From contig CAZAWC010000001.1 of NCBI GenBank assembly GCA_964488595.1, positions 9,958 through 73,957 on the forward strand: a stretch of 64,000 nt of DNA. The letters run 5' to 3'. Source of the stretch: an uncultured Staphylococcus sp. Lineage in GTDB: Bacteria; Bacteroidota; Bacteroidia; Bacteroidales; Muribaculaceae. Shown here piece after piece: positions 61,684 to 64,000 of this stretch. The position numbers and the translations under genes were made by a program. The first letter of the stretch is position 1. Each line of letters opens with the position of its first letter. The notes under the pieces were generated by a model. The model made no database searches. It was not told the DNA's origin and was given only the letters and a program-made list of their open reading frames with translations.

Positions 61684-62949
61684 TTAGATGGTTATATCCT
61701 CACTTTTCGTTTCCGAACTCTCTACGCCGGTCATGCTCCCGGCATATTTTGAAAATATGAGTGACGAGTCATTGCCCCCGAATCCGAAGGAGTTGGTGAT
61801 GACATTGGTGATACGTGGGTCTGTCACATCCTCCGTCACCGGGACGGCATCCTGCTTCATCGGATTTTGCCATCCGAGATTCTTGGGCAGGAATCCGTGT
61901 TGCAGGGCCAAAAGACAGATCACAGCTTCGATGGAGCCCGAGGCACTCGTCGTGTGGCCGGTAAAACCCTTAGTCGAAGAAAATCTGGGCAGACTGTGCA
62001 TCCATATCCGCTCCATGGCGGCCATCTCCGTCACGTCGTTATTAGGGGTCCCAGTGCCATGGGCATTTATGTAGTCAATCTCCTGAGGAGTGAGACAGGC
62101 CATATCCATGGCTTTGCGCATGGCCAGATAGGCACCTTCACCGTTGTCAGAGGTAGCGGTCTGATGATAGGCATCGCATGTGTTGGCATACCCGCTCAGC
62201 ACCCCCATGATCCTCACTCCGCGGGCGGCTACAGACCTCTCGCTTTCGAGTACTATATAGGCGGCTCCCTCTCCGAGATTGATCCCCTGACGGTCTCTGT
62301 CGAAAGGACGGCAGGGAGCCTTGTCAAGAATCATGAGGGTGTTGAATCCGTTGATATGAAACTTGGTCAGTGCCTCCGACCCTCCCACGACAGCAATGTC
62401 GACGAGGCCCGATCTGATCATGTTTGCCCCCATGATGATGGCATTTGCGGCCGAGGAGCATGCCGTGGAGGTGGTCGTCACCATCTCAAACGCACCAATA
62501 CTGTCTGCTATCAATTCTGTCGAGTAGCCGCAGTCATTGTACTTGAGTTCAAGACTATCCTCCGTCTCGACATTGGAGTCAAAAACTGTCTTGAAGTGTC
62601 GCTCGGTCTTGTCCATGCCCCCGACGGTAGTGCCGTTAATAAAGGCCGCACGCACTATCTCGCTCTCAGTGAGCGAGGCCGACTCTACGGCCTCCTTGGC
62701 GGCAATGATGCCGAGGAGGACAGTGCGCAGACCATCCACCGGATGACCGGCATTAAGCATCCGTGACATGTCGGCATTGGACAGACGCACCTCCCCCACC
62801 GGAAAATCATCAAGCTGAGTCCGGATATGGGTTACTCTGCCGATGCCGCTCTCACCTCTGAGCAGCGCCTGCAGTGTGGCGTCCACGCCAACCCCCAGAG
62901 CCGATATGATGCCGGCTCCTGTCACGAACACTCTCCCGTCCATTCTCAC
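61684..62949 (-). CDS. Beta-ketoacyl-ACP synthase (FabF-like, active)
   Basis: TACSS, NAHGTGT, KGFTGHT and NSFGFGGN motifs. Confidence 0.93.
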   Translation of the reverse strand: MRMDGRVFVTGAGIISALGVGVDATLQALLRGESGIGRVTHIRTQLDDFPVGEVRLSNADMSRMLNAGHPVDGLRTVLLGIIAAKEAVESASLTESEIVRAAFINGTTVGGMDKTERHFKTVFDSNVETEDSLELKYNDCGYSTELIADSIGAFEMVTTTSTACSSAANAIIMGANMIRSGLVDIAVVGGSEALTKFHINGFNTLMILDKAPCRPFDRDRQGINLGEGAAYIVLESERSVAARGVRIMGVLSGYANTCDAYHQTATSDNGEGAYLAMRKAMDMACLTPQEIDYINAHGTGTPNNDVTEMAAMERIWMHSLPRFSSTKGFTGHTTSASGSIEAVICLLALQHGFLPKNLGWQNPMKQDAVPVTEDVTDPRITNVITNSFGFGGNDSSLIFSKYAGSMTGVESSETKSEDITI

Positions 62950-63203
62950 TTCTTGCGGTTCTTGCTCACATAGTCTGCGATCGAAGCAATGGAGCTGAAT
63001 ATCTCTTTGCCCTCGGCAGGATTGGACAGCTTGATGCCGTATTCGCGTTCGAGCAGCACGATGAGCTCGAGTGCGTCGATGGAGTCGAGACCGAGACCTT
63101 CGCCGAAAAGAGGTGCGGCGGCGTCGATATCATCTGCCGTCATGTCCTCGAGATTGAGCACTTCGATGATCTGATTCTTCAGTTGTAAAATCAAGTTTTC
63201 CAT
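62946..63203 (-). CDS. Acyl carrier protein
   Basis: 85 aa, acidic, with GLGLDSIDALE. Confidence 0.93.
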   Translation of the reverse strand: MENLILQLKNQIIEVLNLEDMTADDIDAAAPLFGEGLGLDSIDALELIVLLEREYGIKLSNPAEGKEIFSSIASIADYVSKNRKK

Positions 63204-63208
63204 ATCTT

Positions 63209-63751
63209 TTATAAGTTATCTTTTATTTTTTTGACTATCTTCAAGCAGGCATTGTAGTCACGCTCATCCTCATAGTCGACCCAGCCTGTCAGAATGAATG
63301 AGGGAGAAGAAGTGAGCATGACGTTGTCCACCACATCATCCATCACCTCGGCATCCTCTTCAGGCAAAACATAGAAAGAGGTCTCGCCATAAATCTTATG
63401 CCGTATGGCTATCTCACCCGTCACGATGTTGGCAAGAGTATAGACGAACAGTGCTGGACTGGGAAAATAATTATCATCTCCTATGGTGAGCTGATAATTC
63501 CTGTCCGTGATCAGCGACCCGTTGCGATTGAACAGCACTATCGCGCCATCTTCTTTTTCATCCGCAGGGACATTATTCAGTATCAGTTCGGCAGCCACGA
63601 ATCCGAGTTTGCACAGGGAGTCCATCTTGAAAAATTTAGGATAATCCCCGATAAACTCCCTATAGAGCCCATTGATATCGGCCGTCGAGATCACCGTCCC
63701 GTTGAGTACGGTACGGGCAGGCGTGATGCTGATTGTGGCGACCGGCGTCAT
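63209..63751 (-). CDS. Short KS-like (chain-length-factor fragment) protein
   Basis: YPKFFKMD and SPALFVYTLANIVTGEIAIRH motifs. Confidence 0.78.
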   Translation of the reverse strand: MTPVATISITPARTVLNGTVISTADINGLYREFIGDYPKFFKMDSLCKLGFVAAELILNNVPADEKEDGAIVLFNRNGSLITDRNYQLTIGDDNYFPSPALFVYTLANIVTGEIAIRHKIYGETSFYVLPEEDAEVMDDVVDNVMLTSSPSFILTGWVDYEDERDYNACLKIVKKIKDNL

Positions 63752-64000
63752 ACGTTTCCTCCTTTCCTATAAGATATTCCGGCATTTGAGCCGCCAAAAC
63801 CCGACAGGATCTTGATGAACGCCCTCTTGTCGGTAGTTCGTGTGCGGTCCGAAATGTTGACCGCATATGTGGTGCCGAGAGTGCCGAATCCCTTGGTGGC
63901 GGGGATGACACCTCTGTCGATGGCTTTCATGGACAGAATGGTCTCGATAATACCGGCAGCCCCGAGCGTGTGGCCATAATATCCCTTCAACCCATTGACG
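63748..64000 (-). CDS. Beta-ketoacyl synthase (3' part; begins beyond window end)
   Basis: LKGYYGHTLGAAG and SGFGGSN motifs. Confidence 0.85.
   Translation of the reverse strand, partial: VNGLKGYYGHTLGAAGIIETILSMKAIDRGVIPATKGFGTLGTTYAVNISDRTRTTDKRAFIKILSGFGGSNAGISYRKGGNV

Overview
A 64-kb chromosomal segment from a GC-rich Bacteroidales bacterium. The TAnnTTTG promoters, a T9SS substrate, GH97 and the gene repertoire suggest Muribaculaceae or a relative (inference). About 1-18 kb is housekeeping: radA, trmH, amgK-RapZ-C/murU-like pair, dnaA, pgeF, crcB, uxuAB, pncB, ybaK, aroC, upp, and metK with a SAM-II-type riboswitch. About 18.5-22.8 kb is a small accessory patch. It holds an AT-rich AAA+/DUF4143 ATPase gene bracketed by a 145/146-bp direct repeat (3' end plus terminator of the neighbouring gene), with its promoter flanked by two inverted palindromic sites. 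It also holds a gene pair in which a small T9SS-tagged protein and a large CTD-less Fn3/beta-helix protein appear to share a homologous N-terminal domain. About 22.9-33 kb is metabolic: GH13, patatin, class 3 fbp, PHP, floA, TPR/PD40 protein, nfnAB. About 33-43 kb is an LPS core/lipid A operon, including one frameshifted LTA-synthase-family gene. From 43 kb to the window end are GH97, an esterase and an aryl-polyene/flexirubin-like type II FAS/PKS glycolipid cluster that runs off the edge. No rRNA, tRNA, CRISPR, transposase or integrase was recognised. All calls come from motif recognition by eye; no database searches were run.
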